From: an uncultured virus (IMG/VR IMGVR_UViG_3300033388_007403) | Taxonomy: Duplodnaviria; Heunggongvirae; Uroviricota; Caudoviricetes | Virus record (IMG/VR): IMGVR_UViG_3300033388_007403 | DNA: 64,000 bases | Reading direction: 5' to 3' (one strand) | Shown: positions 52,455 through 62,111 of the stretch, in pieces | Layout of the letters: every line of letters begins with the position of its first letter | Position numbering within the stretch: the stretch's first letter is position 1 | Position numbers and translations under genes: made by a program | The notes under the pieces: model-generated | The model's database searches: none | Told to the model about the DNA's origin: nothing | Seen by the model: only the letters and a program-made list of their open reading frames with translations

Positions 52455-53749
52455 TTTTTACTCCAAAAAATAATTTCACTTCAATTGACACCTTATCAGT
52501 ATAAACTTTTTTCACTCTGGCGGATTAAAAAACCCCCCTAACCATAAGATTAGGAGGGTTTTCATCAAAATGATGTGAACAGCGTTTACTTCTTTGCTAC
52601 CTTAATAGCACTGTCAACAACAGTACCGCTTATCTGCCTATTCCTGAGAACCTTGCGATCTGCAGCATCAACTAACTTTATTTTTTCACTCTGGCAGGAA
52701 TAAAAAGTGGATATTATAACAACAGAACATTGTTTATAATACCCACTTGGAAAAACTTGTTTAATTAACCACCACAAAGCTTAAATATCATCCAACCAAT
52801 ACCACCTATAATTCCTAACACAAGAATAATTGCCAGAAGAATAGTTGGATAAAGAGGAATTAATACTATCCACCAAGCAACTGTAACTATTCCTTGCAAC
52901 TTAAGAATAATAAGTACTATTCCTGTTATTAATAATAAAGCACCACCTATTCCACTGTTTTGAATAACTGTCTTATCTGCCATTTTTATTCCTTTCAATA
53001 ATAATTTTAATTAACTGTATTATATCATATCATTTTTTCTTTGTCAAGATCTTTTTTCTTTTTCTTTTTTTCTTTTGACTTTTTATTACCAGCTACATAC
53101 CAATTTTTAATTTTTTGAGGAAGAGTTAAACCTATACAACCATCTTTCCACCAACGCTTTAGAGAAAATTTCTCTTTATTAGTCTTTTCCTTATATCTCC
53201 TTATAGACTTTTCAGTGCTATCCGGTGCTTCAATATCCAATAGTGAAAATCTATTTACTCTCTCAACCTCATGTTCCTCCAAAATAGCATCTGTTAAAGG
53301 TATCCACAATAGAATAAATACTAACCATCAACTCCAGTTAATAACACCACAAAGTTTTAATACTATAAAAGCTGTGAGTAGTAATCCTGTAAAATTTATA
53401 TCTATTGATATATTACTTTTACTCATTTTTCCTTTCCAAAATTAAAAAATTCCACAATCTTCAAAATCCTTTGGGTCACAAGTACCACCACAATTAACAC
53501 AAAGAATATGACTCCCTAACTCTGTGGATATGTTTCTGAAATCAAATGCCACTCTATCATCACAATGACATTCATACATAATGTTACCCAAATCATGAAT
53601 AAGTATCTCCAGAGTTTTCATATCCTTTACAGTAAGTGCATAACATTGTTCTATTCTATCTTTTAATATATTCTTATCCATCTTATTCCTTTCAAATTAG
53701 ATAGAGGGGAGAGTGCAAAATCTCCCACTCTATCATTGAAGTAAAATTT

Positions 53750-55537
53750 CTATTTAGCGTCAGCGGCAACAACCATTCCCAACTTTTCCTTTGACTTTCG
53801 CTCTTTTTCTTTTTCTTTCATCCTCTTACTCTCAATGTTACTCGCTATCATCGACTTCTTGAAACTGTAAGCGTAGAAAAGAGGATTATGCTGATACGTT
53901 TTGTCATGAGTTAGAACATAATATCTTTCATAGAATTCTGGACCATGAATGTGAGTACCTGCTGTATTCTTGTCATGTGCCATTTCGTGAGCCAACGTCG
54001 AAAATAACTGTAAAATATCACCATCAGCAGTTAAAGAGAGATTCTTGACCCAGTCTCTATCCAGTGCTATAAAAGATATTCCATTAGTCCAAGCCTTTGC
54101 AACGGGACTAATTCCTAAACAAATCTTGCGACCCTGCCAAACATCAACATATTTGTTATTCAAGACATCAAGAATACGCTTCTCACTTACTGTCAATTTT
54201 TCTACTATCTGATAACTTTCGTCGAACTGGTCCCGCAATGTTTCCAATCCCTTTTGTAAGATATTATCATTATGGTCAAAACGGAGATAAGAGGCTCTCT
54301 TATCATTAAGAGCCTTTAATACTCTTTCCTTTTCCCACATAGTAATATTTTGTTCCCATCTTCCTTTTGTGCTATCATGCCTCAATTGTTCCTGCATAAT
54401 CCAATCAAAGAAACAATCCTTTTCATCAGTGTAACACAATTCATTAAGCATTCCTTGAGAAAAACAAAAAGCCTGTCCCATCTGCATCGCCTTATCAGCA
54501 ATCATATCACCATCCGGTGCAAAAGTCCAAGGTAAAGGGCTTTTCATTACCATTTTATAAGAAACCCATTTGCCCTGTGCAGTGCGAAAAATTCTCTTTC
54601 CTGACAATTCACTGAACTTGACAGCACCATCACGAAAATCTCTCAAAAGAGAGTATCTCTCTCCAGTGCTAAGAGAACGATATTTCTTTGCAACTATTTT
54701 CAACTTATTCGCCTGAATAACTTTACGAATATCACTGAAAACTGGACAATCTTGCTGAATATCATTCCGTGCAAAATTAACCTTTAATTGCTGTTTCGAT
54801 ACAACAATACCACCAACACCTGCATTCGATTTCGATATATTCTTGACATAAATACCAAGATTATATATCTTTAATACCGAAGTATCATTGAACTGATAAT
54901 ATGCATTATCATCTTCATAATCCCAATTCAGTGTTTCAGGGTCTACTGAAATCTGTTTGTCATTAAACATAACAGGAACAGCAACATAACGCACCTGTTC
55001 TGCAACATCTTCACGCAGTGCTTCAATTGAACGACATTGCCAATCGCCAATAGGGTTTTTATACAGTGCTATATCAATAAGACAACCCTCTGCCTCTGGA
55101 AGTCCTTTAGAGAGATTGTATGTCAATCCCATCTTGTTGATATCAACTTCCATCTGAAATTGGGATGTTCTCCACACATTTCTACCAAATGCAAACATCT
55201 GTCCACGACCCATACGGAACTGTTTCCATGTTGTAGTTTCATTCGCTTCGTGAGGCTGACCAAAGGTTTCAAAATGTAGAGCAATTTCTTCCTCTGTTTT
55301 AATACCAATGCCTTTGTCCATAATCTGGAGGAAGGCTTTGGGACGTTTCCCCTGTTCAGTAACTTCATCCTGCCACATCTTAATAATGATTGCAGGAGTA
55401 CCAGCCTCAATACTGTTCATTGTCCCCTCTGTAATAGCCTTTTTAAGGGTCCCTGCCTGTCGTTTGATTACGTCATACAGAAGTTTATCGTGTGCTTTAA
55501 GAGTACTCTGTTTTGTTGTTACACCTGTTCCCAACAT
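53750..55537 (-). CDS. GHKL/HSP90-like ATPase fused to a C-terminal HExxH domain
   Basis: E..MNSIEA, DKGIGI, QFRMGRG; LAHEMAH..HGPEFY; GGGAG RBS. Confidence 0.8.
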   Translation of the reverse strand: MLGTGVTTKQSTLKAHDKLLYDVIKRQAGTLKKAITEGTMNSIEAGTPAIIIKMWQDEVTEQGKRPKAFLQIMDKGIGIKTEEEIALHFETFGQPHEANETTTWKQFRMGRGQMFAFGRNVWRTSQFQMEVDINKMGLTYNLSKGLPEAEGCLIDIALYKNPIGDWQCRSIEALREDVAEQVRYVAVPVMFNDKQISVDPETLNWDYEDDNAYYQFNDTSVLKIYNLGIYVKNISKSNAGVGGIVVSKQQLKVNFARNDIQQDCPVFSDIRKVIQANKLKIVAKKYRSLSTGERYSLLRDFRDGAVKFSELSGKRIFRTAQGKWVSYKMVMKSPLPWTFAPDGDMIADKAMQMGQAFCFSQGMLNELCYTDEKDCFFDWIMQEQLRHDSTKGRWEQNITMWEKERVLKALNDKRASYLRFDHNDNILQKGLETLRDQFDESYQIVEKLTVSEKRILDVLNNKYVDVWQGRKICLGISPVAKAWTNGISFIALDRDWVKNLSLTADGDILQLFSTLAHEMAHDKNTAGTHIHGPEFYERYYVLTHDKTYQHNPLFYAYSFKKSMIASNIESKRMKEKEKERKSKEKLGMVVAADAK

Positions 55538-55642
55538 ACTACTGCTCCCTAAAAATTTCACTTCAATTAACATTACTTCAACATCTCACTAATCTATATT
55601 TTTTTCACTCTGGCGGAATTAAAAAATTGATGTATATACAAA

Positions 55643-56389
55643 TTATATATCTTTTATAATTTCTAAAAACTTAAAAAATTCTTCATCTGTTTTTGAGCAT
55701 TTCATCGAGTTGCAACCTCTACAAGCCACCACAAGATTTTCTATACTATGTCTTCCTCCTCTAGATAAAGGAATCTTGTGATCTATTGTAGCATCTTTTT
55801 TATATCCTGCTATCTTTTGACCACATTGTTTTTTACAGTAATAACATTCTAAAACATCAACATTTAATATTTTTTCATAAAAATTTCTAATTTCATCTTC
55901 ATTGCCTATCTCACAATTATATTTTTGTGCTACTTTTTTAACCTGTCTTACTCTACTTGTTATTCTTCCTCTTTTTTTATATCTTTGTCGTTGAAGTAGA
56001 GCTTTTTCAGGATTTTCTTTAGCCCATTTAACACAACGGGCATTTTCTTTTTTTCTGTATTCTTCATCTTCTTTATATCTTTTACTTCTTTTTTCTAATA
56101 CCATTTCTCTATTTTTATAATACCATTCTTTGTTAGCCTCATTCATTTCTTTTTTATGCTCTTTTCTATACTGAGCATTATATTCTTTAACCTTTTCTTT
56201 GTTATTCTTTTTATAACTTTCCCAACTTTTTCTTTTTGTCTTTTTCTTTTGTTCCTCGGAAACTCTTTGTCCAGCACATTTGCATTCAAAACTACAATAA
56301 TGATTTTTTGATCTTTTTATTCGTGAAGGATTCTTTTCAATAGCAACTCCACAAAAATTACAATTAACTGTTACTTTACTTTTTTTCAT
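55643..56389 (-). CDS. HNH homing endonuclease
   Basis: CYYC..TIDHKIPLSRGG.H...NLVVAC..CN..K; promoter AAAGAA-N17-GAATATAT at 56421-56451. Confidence 0.9.
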   Translation of the reverse strand: MKKSKVTVNCNFCGVAIEKNPSRIKRSKNHYCSFECKCAGQRVSEEQKKKTKRKSWESYKKNNKEKVKEYNAQYRKEHKKEMNEANKEWYYKNREMVLEKRSKRYKEDEEYRKKENARCVKWAKENPEKALLQRQRYKKRGRITSRVRQVKKVAQKYNCEIGNEDEIRNFYEKILNVDVLECYYCKKQCGQKIAGYKKDATIDHKIPLSRGGRHSIENLVVACRGCNSMKCSKTDEEFFKFLEIIKDI

Positions 56390-56561
56390 ATTATTTTCTC
56401 CCTATAAAATATACTCTAACATATATTCTATTAAAAGAACCATAATTCTTTATTTTTTTCGTAATACTGTTTATCTTTAATTACATTAAAATTCTTTTTC
56501 CTGAAATTAAAAAAAGCGGAGTATCAATTAAGATACTCCGCTCCAGAAGGTAGTGCCAGAA

Positions 56562-56828
56562 TCATAAAATTTTATGACTCCAACTTAACCCATCTTTCTT
56601 TAAAACCACATAATGTGATCTTGTTATTCTGCTCCCCCTCATAAAATGTCCTTCACTCTCTGAAGTATAACTCCAGAAATTGATTCGGAACTTATTTTCT
56701 CCAACTGGCTTATAATCGACTCTATACTCACCTACAGCTCTTGGAAAATTCTCTTCCAAATACTCATTTATTGTTGTCTCATTTTTAACTACTTCTGTCT
56801 TCGGTGCTGTAACTTCTGTCACATTCAT
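56562..56828 (-). CDS. hypothetical protein
   Basis: RBS after repeat 56881; terminator at about 56509-56542. Confidence 0.7.
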   Translation of the reverse strand: MNVTEVTAPKTEVVKNETTINEYLEENFPRAVGEYRVDYKPVGENKFRINFWSYTSESEGHFMRGSRITRSHYVVLKKDGLSWSHKIL

Positions 56829-56892
56829 TATGCATCTCCAAAAAAATCATCGTTAACAATTTATAAATTATAATTTTTTCACTCTGGCGGAT

Positions 56893-56976
56893 TGCCCAGA
56901 AGAGGACTCGAACCTCCAAGCCAATTAAGGCATATGCCCCTCAAGCATACGTGTTTGCCGATTTCACCACCTGGGC
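56893..56976 (-). tRNA. tRNA-Leu(GAG)
   Basis: Cloverleaf with long variable arm; loop TT-GAG-GG. Confidence 0.9.
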
Positions 56977-56980
56977 TTAA

Positions 56981-57054
56981 TACTCCTGGTGGGATTCGAA
57001 CCCACAAACCCTGCGTTTTAATCGCAGTCCATAAGCCAATTCTGGTACAAGAGC
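56981..57054 (-). tRNA. tRNA with TAA anticodon, atypical (no long variable arm)
   Basis: CTGCG-ATTAAAA-CGCAG; intact T arm. Confidence 0.7.
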
Positions 57055-57153
57055 TTAAATTATTTTTATTATTATTTATTCTATCTCCATCAATATAATC
57101 AACTTCAAGAAGAATTAATTCCCCAAACCATTTTTTAAAACCACTACCAAAAA

Positions 57154-57227
57154 TACCCAGAAGTGGATTTGAACCACCAAACACGACATTTTAAATCTCG
57201 CGGCTTTGCCAATTAGCCTACCTGGGC
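57154..57227 (-). tRNA. tRNA with TAA anticodon (Leu), short variable arm
   Basis: CGAGA-TTTAAAA-TGTCG (one mismatch). Confidence 0.7.
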
Positions 57228-57868
57228 TTTATTTTATCTCTATACCCAATCAGTGCTTTATATATTCTCAACTGGATCTCAGAATCAAATTCTAAAACAC
57301 CACTCTCCACTACTTCTATCATTACTTCCCTGGATCTCTGAAAGATATCACCATCAGTGCTATCTTGCACTAGAGTTGTAGCCGCTGCAGTTGTTAAATT
57401 ATTAATATAATCTTGTTGTAGTTTATTCAACTATTACATCCTCCATCTCTATTATCTCTTTTATATGAACCTCTAAACCACATGCATCACATGAAAGATA
57501 ATGATGCTCATTTGATTCACACTCATCAAACAAATGAATATCTCTTTTACAGAAATACTTCTTAAACAACCACCAAAAGAATTTATTCTGCAAAAAAGAA
57601 AAATATGTTATACCTCTATATTTCATAATTTTTCACTCCATGGACAAAATAACAATCATCATTAATCTTATCTACTTTTACCCTCTTCCAAGGATTTGTA
57701 TATTTATTTTTCTTACCATTATCATAACGAATAAAAATGATATCCCCTACTTTGGGGAGAGATCTCTTACTCTTCACAATAGCTGCACCATAAGGCATAG
57801 TACCTAATTTTACATATGGTAATTTAATCATAATGAGTAAGTGAGATTTTTTCTCACTCTGGCGGAAA

Positions 57869-57940
57869 CAGGCACACAAGGATTCGAACCCTGAACTTTT
57901 CTTTTGGAGAGAAAAATGATAGCCATTTCACCATGCGCCT
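57869..57940 (-). tRNA. tRNA-Trp(CCA)
   Basis: TTTCT-CTCCAAA-AGAAA; G73. Confidence 0.9.
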
Positions 57941-57945
57941 TTAAA

Positions 57946-58019
57946 CGTATGCGGAAAGAATCGAACTCTCCTCATCGGGATTTGGAAACCCAATCGCCTG
58001 CCTTGGAACATTCGCATAC
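57946..58019 (-). tRNA. tRNA-Trp(CCA), atypical D arm
   Basis: GTATGCG/CGCATAC acceptor; loop TTCCAAA. Confidence 0.65.
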
Positions 58020-58024
58020 AATAA

Positions 58025-58097
58025 TATCCCTGGAAGGACTCTAACCCTCATCTTCGCGTCCGTAGCGCGATGTTCTATACAATTATACTACAAGGAT
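58025..58097 (-). tRNA. tRNA-Arg(ACG), degenerate D/T loops
   Basis: TCGCG-CTACGGA-CGCGA; T loop TTAGAGT. Confidence 0.7.
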
Positions 58098-58102
58098 CTA
58101 AA

Positions 58103-58175
58103 TGCTCTCGCCCAGACTCAAACTGGGATCTTTTCTTTAGGAGAGAAATATTCTATTCTGTTATACTACGAGAGC
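58103..58175 (-). tRNA. tRNA-Arg(CCT), degenerate D/T loops
   Basis: TTTCT-CTCCTAA-AGAAA; T loop TTTGAGT. Confidence 0.7.
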
Positions 58176-58179
58176 TAAA

Positions 58180-58252
58180 TACACCTGAGAGGACTCGAAC
58201 CTCCAACACTCAGTTTAGAAATCTGAGACTCTTCCATTTGAGCTACAGGTGC
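58180..58252 (-). tRNA. tRNA-Arg(TCT)
   Basis: Loop TTTCTAA; canonical D and T arms. Confidence 0.85.
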
Positions 58253-58257
58253 TTTAA

Positions 58258-58343
58258 TACCGAAGACAGGAATCGAACCTGCACTCCCTTAACGGGAACA
58301 AGGACCTAAACCTTGCGTGTCTGCCTAGTTTCACCACTTCGGC
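58258..58343 (-). tRNA. tRNA-Leu(TAG)
   Basis: CAAGG-TTTAGGT-CCTTG; long variable arm. Confidence 0.9.
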
Positions 58344-58344
58344 T

Positions 58345-59034
58345 TTATTCTAACCATTTTCTGATGCAAGTATCACTTACACCATATTTTCTTCCTACAG
58401 CACAATAATTAGTATCTTTAACTTCTTTTAATAATTGTTCTTTAGAAGGTCTATTTTTAACTTTTTTTTCTACATTAGAATAGTCTCTAGTTCTATTAAA
58501 ACAAGAGCTACACAATCCAGTCTTTGATTTCTTTTTTGTGCTCTTCCCGCACGAATCACAATAAAATAATATTTTTGGTATTATTTTTCTTCTTCTAAAA
58601 GTAGAAGTTTGACTATGACAATGAAGACATAATATTCTTAAATTAGACAATTCATTATTATAAATATCTCCATCAATATGATCTAATTCTAATGTAAGAG
58701 GTTCATTATTCCAAATTGGTAATTGACCACATTTAGAGCACTTATTGTCTATCAATCCCTCTCTTATTAATCTTTTTTTTAAGTAAGTAGATTTTACAAC
58801 AACATCTTTTTTAAGATAAAAACTTAATGGCTCCTTATATTTATTAAAATTATAAGATTGAGTCCCAAAATGAGTTGTATCTAAATCCAATTCTTTTATT
58901 TTATTCTTAATAACCTTATGAGTTCCACCAGCTGGTCTTAATCCCAATTTTCTAATAACCTGGGTTACACTAAAGCTTTCTTTTACAGATAAAATTATAT
59001 CTTCATTAGTATATTCTCTATATTGTCTTACCAT
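58345..59034 (-). CDS. HNH homing endonuclease
   Basis: CSKCG..W..PLTLELDHIDG..N..NLRILC.HCHSQT; promoter AAAGGT-N17-GAATATATA at 59066-59097. Confidence 0.92.
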   Translation of the reverse strand: MVRQYREYTNEDIILSVKESFSVTQVIRKLGLRPAGGTHKVIKNKIKELDLDTTHFGTQSYNFNKYKEPLSFYLKKDVVVKSTYLKKRLIREGLIDNKCSKCGQLPIWNNEPLTLELDHIDGDIYNNELSNLRILCLHCHSQTSTFRRRKIIPKILFYCDSCGKSTKKKSKTGLCSSCFNRTRDYSNVEKKVKNRPSKEQLLKEVKDTNYCAVGRKYGVSDTCIRKWLE

Positions 59035-59107
59035 TTTTATTCTCCCATATAAATATCATTCTATCTATATATTCGATATAAAATGGCAGATACCTTTAAT
59101 TATTTCT

Positions 59108-59135
59108 GGAACTTTGCCAGTTTGCCCACCCCCGC
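59108..59135 (-). pseudogene. tRNA 5' fragment (acceptor strand plus D arm)
   Basis: GCGGGGG-TG-GGC-AAACTGGCAAA-GTT truncated at the HNH cassette. Confidence 0.6.
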
Positions 59136-59247
59136 TTTAGTGCTACAAAAAATATTCTCCCACCTAGTCTACGCAGCAAGGATCTTGTAAAACTGATCAA
59201 TTCTCCCAACTAATCCTGAAGGGTGGTTTTTCAGTGACGAATATTAA

Positions 59248-59318
59248 TGCGCCTGCCCAGACTCGAACTGAGAAAGCTAGCTTGGAAGGCTAGCGTGTTA
59301 CCATTACACCACAGGCGC
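59248..59318 (-). tRNA. tRNA-Gly(TCC)
   Basis: CTAGC-CTTCCAA-GCTAG. Confidence 0.9.
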
Positions 59319-59433
59319 TTTAAAGAATTGGTAGGGACGAAAGGTCGTGGGCTTTGACCCCACCTACCACACCACAGTCCAGAATCCAGTTTACTGTGAT
59401 ACTGTTTTCCTAGTGTACACCTACCCATTCTAA

Positions 59434-59505
59434 AGTGGATGGTGGGAATCGAACCCACACATTACGGTGTTGCAAACCGCACCCTTGCCATTCGGGATCA
59501 CCCAC
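59434..59505 (-). tRNA. tRNA-Cys(GCA)
   Basis: GCGGT-TTGCAAC-ACCGT; U73. Confidence 0.9.
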
Positions 59506-59510
59506 ATAAG

Positions 59511-59583
59511 GACCAAAGACGGGATTTGAACCCGTACCGAAAGATTCACAGTCTTCCATGCTACCAATTACACCACCTTGGAC
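59511..59583 (-). tRNA. tRNA-His(GTG)
   Basis: GAAGA-CTGTGAA-TCTTT; G-1:C73. Confidence 0.85.
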
Positions 59584-59682
59584 ATCTACGGTTTACTTTT
59601 AGTTATTGTGTAGGGAGTCTCACCGTTTAAAAACAACCCTTGCAGTTTATTCCCATTTGGCCAAATAGGACCGCAACTTACG

Positions 59683-59766
59683 TGAGAGCACTCGGAGTCG
59701 AACCGAGACACCCTTGCGGGAACGTTTTTACAGACCGCCGAGGTTCACCATGTCCCCTATACTCCC
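59683..59766 (-). tRNA. tRNA-Tyr(GTA)
   Basis: Loop CTGTAAA; long variable arm. Confidence 0.85.
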
Positions 59767-59775
59767 TTTTGTAAA

Positions 59776-59849
59776 TACCCCTGAGTGGATTCGAACCACC
59801 AAGACTTTCGGTTAAGAGCCGAATGCTTTGCCTAATAAGCTTCAGAGGC
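59776..59849 (-). tRNA. tRNA-Lys(CTT)
   Basis: TTCGG-CTCTTAA-CCGAA. Confidence 0.9.
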
Positions 59850-60008
59850 TTGAATATAAGACAAAAATTTATGCAGTTAATATCACCGGGTATCTATCTC
59901 AGTTATATTAAATACATGAATCTTTTTCAAAACATATTATACTAAACATGTCTTCATGTCAAAGCTAGATACCATAGCTCCTAGTATAAAATATTTCTAG
60001 TCTTATAA

Positions 60009-60093
60009 TGAGAGTGGAGGGATTCGAACCCACACGTCCGTTAGGATCCTGGTTAAAAGCCAGGTACAGACTGCCAATATCTGCAACACTCCC
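60009..60093 (-). tRNA. tRNA with TTT (Lys) anticodon and a long variable arm
   Basis: CCTGG-CTTTTAA-CCAGG then ATCCTAACGGACGT. Confidence 0.75.
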
Positions 60094-60383
60094 TCTACTT
60101 CTTTGCTAACTGCTCATCTTCTATCTGGATCTTAACTTCTTTCAACTCATCCCGATATTTAGTAATAATCTCTAAAAGTCCTTGATATAATCTGTAAGAT
60201 ATTTCAGGAAACATTTTAATCTTACTCATATTACTATCTAATATAGAAGCCATAATCACACCTTTATGACTAGTTATACTGATGTTCTCGACATTATCTA
60301 ATAATCCATTACAATCATCAATTTCATCAGCAATTTCTAGCCTTTGTTTTTTATTATTTTTACACGCAAAAAAACCAGATGGT

Positions 60384-60899
60384 TTATGTCCCATTACTAC
60401 TCTTCAGAATTCTATTACTTATATTTAATTTATCACCAAACGGTGCTACTGTTTTAATTATCCCATTATTAGAATGGGGAAGGGAGAGTATCTTACTACC
60501 CTTCCTATTATTACATTGATCACACATAGTCTGAAGATTATCCAGATGATTAGCTCCACCTTTTGACTTAGGCATTATATGATCCTTTGTCATAAGCCTT
60601 GCTTTTCCTTCAAATATAGCATAAAGATTAAAATGAGTACTATCTCGATCAGATCTACTTGTAAAAGTATCAGCACTGATTATAGTACCTTCTAACCCAC
60701 ATCTTGTACATCTCCTGGATCTTTTAAAACACTGAAGTCGTAATGAGTCAATCCTTATAAGGTGCAACGTTCCTTTAATATCTACTTCAATAGAACCAGC
60801 ATTAGGATCAACTAGATCTAATACACTTTCAGGTTCATATGACTGTAAGTGGATATATCCATTATACAATATTTCTTCATCAATTATCTTCAGCATCAT
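60384..60899 (-). CDS. HNH endonuclease
   Basis: CTRCG..HFNLY..LMTKDHIMPKSKGG..NLQTMC..CN..K. Confidence 0.9.
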   Translation of the reverse strand: MMLKIIDEEILYNGYIHLQSYEPESVLDLVDPNAGSIEVDIKGTLHLIRIDSLRLQCFKRSRRCTRCGLEGTIISADTFTSRSDRDSTHFNLYAIFEGKARLMTKDHIMPKSKGGANHLDNLQTMCDQCNNRKGSKILSLPHSNNGIIKTVAPFGDKLNISNRILKSSNGT

Positions 60900-60910
60900 T
60901 TCCCTTTCAA

Positions 60911-60984
60911 TGGGTCTGACAGGAATCGAACCTGCGACAAATCGGTTAAAAGCCGAATGCTCTACCTAACTGAGCTACAGACCC
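60911..60984 (-). tRNA. tRNA-Lys(TTT)
   Basis: Canonical cloverleaf; loop CTTTTAA. Confidence 0.92.
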
Positions 60985-61198
60985 TTATAGGCTATCTGTT
61001 CCACTTTTTGTTCTACAATGTGGACACACTGGTTTTGCCTTCACTGAGATATCCCATCCACCCAATTCATCAACAGGAATATGACTCAGAGCTTGATCTC
61101 TGTTCAGATAATCATCTCCAATTAATAAGCTGTCCTGGATATTACACTCACAACATTCAAGTTCTAATGTGAACCTAGTAACTTGTTTTTTTTCTATT

Positions 61199-61558
61199 TT
61201 AAACATTTATTCCTTCTTCTACTCTTTTCCAATTTACATGTTTCCAACCACCACCTTTAGATAATTGCAGCAAGTTCTTAGCTCTGTCTTTTCCAAAACT
61301 AAGGATCCTATCAGCATGTTCATCTGAACATAGCTTTTTCGGTGCTATATATGAATTTTCTTCTGAATGCTTCAGTAACTCAGCTATCTCTGGGCTGATA
61401 TACTCTTTCTTGCCATTACCATTCTTCTTTTCTTTCTTTTCGGTGCTGGGCTTTTCTTTTTTCCGCGAAGAAAAATCAAATCCACATCCTGGACAGATTC
61501 TTGTTCTAACACCTAATTCAAGGCTACACTCTGGACAAGTTTTTTTACCTTTTGGCAT
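61199..61558 (-). CDS. zinc-ribbon hypothetical protein
   Basis: MPKGKKTCPEC..G.R...CP.CGF. Confidence 0.7.
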   Translation of the reverse strand: MPKGKKTCPECSLELGVRTRICPGCGFDFSSRKKEKPSTEKKEKKNGNGKKEYISPEIAELLKHSEENSYIAPKKLCSDEHADRILSFGKDRAKNLLQLSKGGGWKHVNWKRVEEGINV

Positions 61559-61620
61559 TCTTCTTCCTTTCAATAAATATTAACACCTTATTAATGTTAT
61601 ATTTTTTCACTCTGGCGGAA

Positions 61621-61694
61621 TGAGTCCTCCTGGATTCGAACCAGGAAATCGCCAAGTTATGAGCTTGGTGCTCTGCCAGTTGAGCTAAGGACCC
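61621..61694 (-). tRNA. tRNA(CAT), Ile2 or elongator Met
   Basis: CCAAG-CTCATAA-CTTGG. Confidence 0.85.
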
Positions 61695-61697
61695 AAG

Positions 61698-61773
61698 TGG
61701 AGATGAGTGGAATCGAACCACCGACACCCGCCTCTTCAGGGCAGTGCTCTACCAAAAACTGAGCTACATCTCC
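61698..61773 (-). tRNA. tRNA-Phe(GAA)
   Basis: CTGCC-CTGAAGA-GGCGG. Confidence 0.92.
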
Positions 61774-61778
61774 AATAA

Positions 61779-61854
61779 TAGCGGGAGCAGGATTCGAACC
61801 TGCGTCAAACGGCTTATGAGACCGTGCTGGAACCAAACTCCAGTCCACCCCGCG
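61779..61854 (-). tRNA. tRNA-Met(CAT), initiator-like
   Basis: CGCGGGG start with unpaired C1; loop CTCATAA. Confidence 0.85.
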
Positions 61855-61861
61855 ATAAAAA

Positions 61862-61932
61862 AGCCGATGATAGGAGTCGAACCCACATTTCCTGAGTACA
61901 AAACAGGAGTATTGCCATTATACTACATCGGC
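61862..61932 (-). tRNA. tRNA-Thr(TGT)
   Basis: GCCGATG/CATCGGC; loop TTTGTAC. Confidence 0.85.
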
Positions 61933-62038
61933 GTTTAAAAAATTCCAGATACATTAGAGATAAAAGTGATTTCCAATTTCCCCAGTGGGGATGATAAGAT
62001 TCGAACTTATGATAACTTTTATCATTCAACCTGGATAA

Positions 62039-62111
62039 TGGATACATACGGGACTCGAACCCGTAATTCCTGGGTGCAAACCAAGTGTGTTCCCAATTAC
62101 ACCAATGACCC
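62039..62111 (-). tRNA. tRNA-Ala(TGC), bulged acceptor stem
   Basis: Loop TTTGCAC; G3:U70. Confidence 0.75.

Noticed and set aside
56981..57054. Ochre suppressor tRNA (TTA)
   Set aside because: With the 5-bp stem the 7-nt loop ATTAAAA places TAA, not TTA, at positions 34-36.
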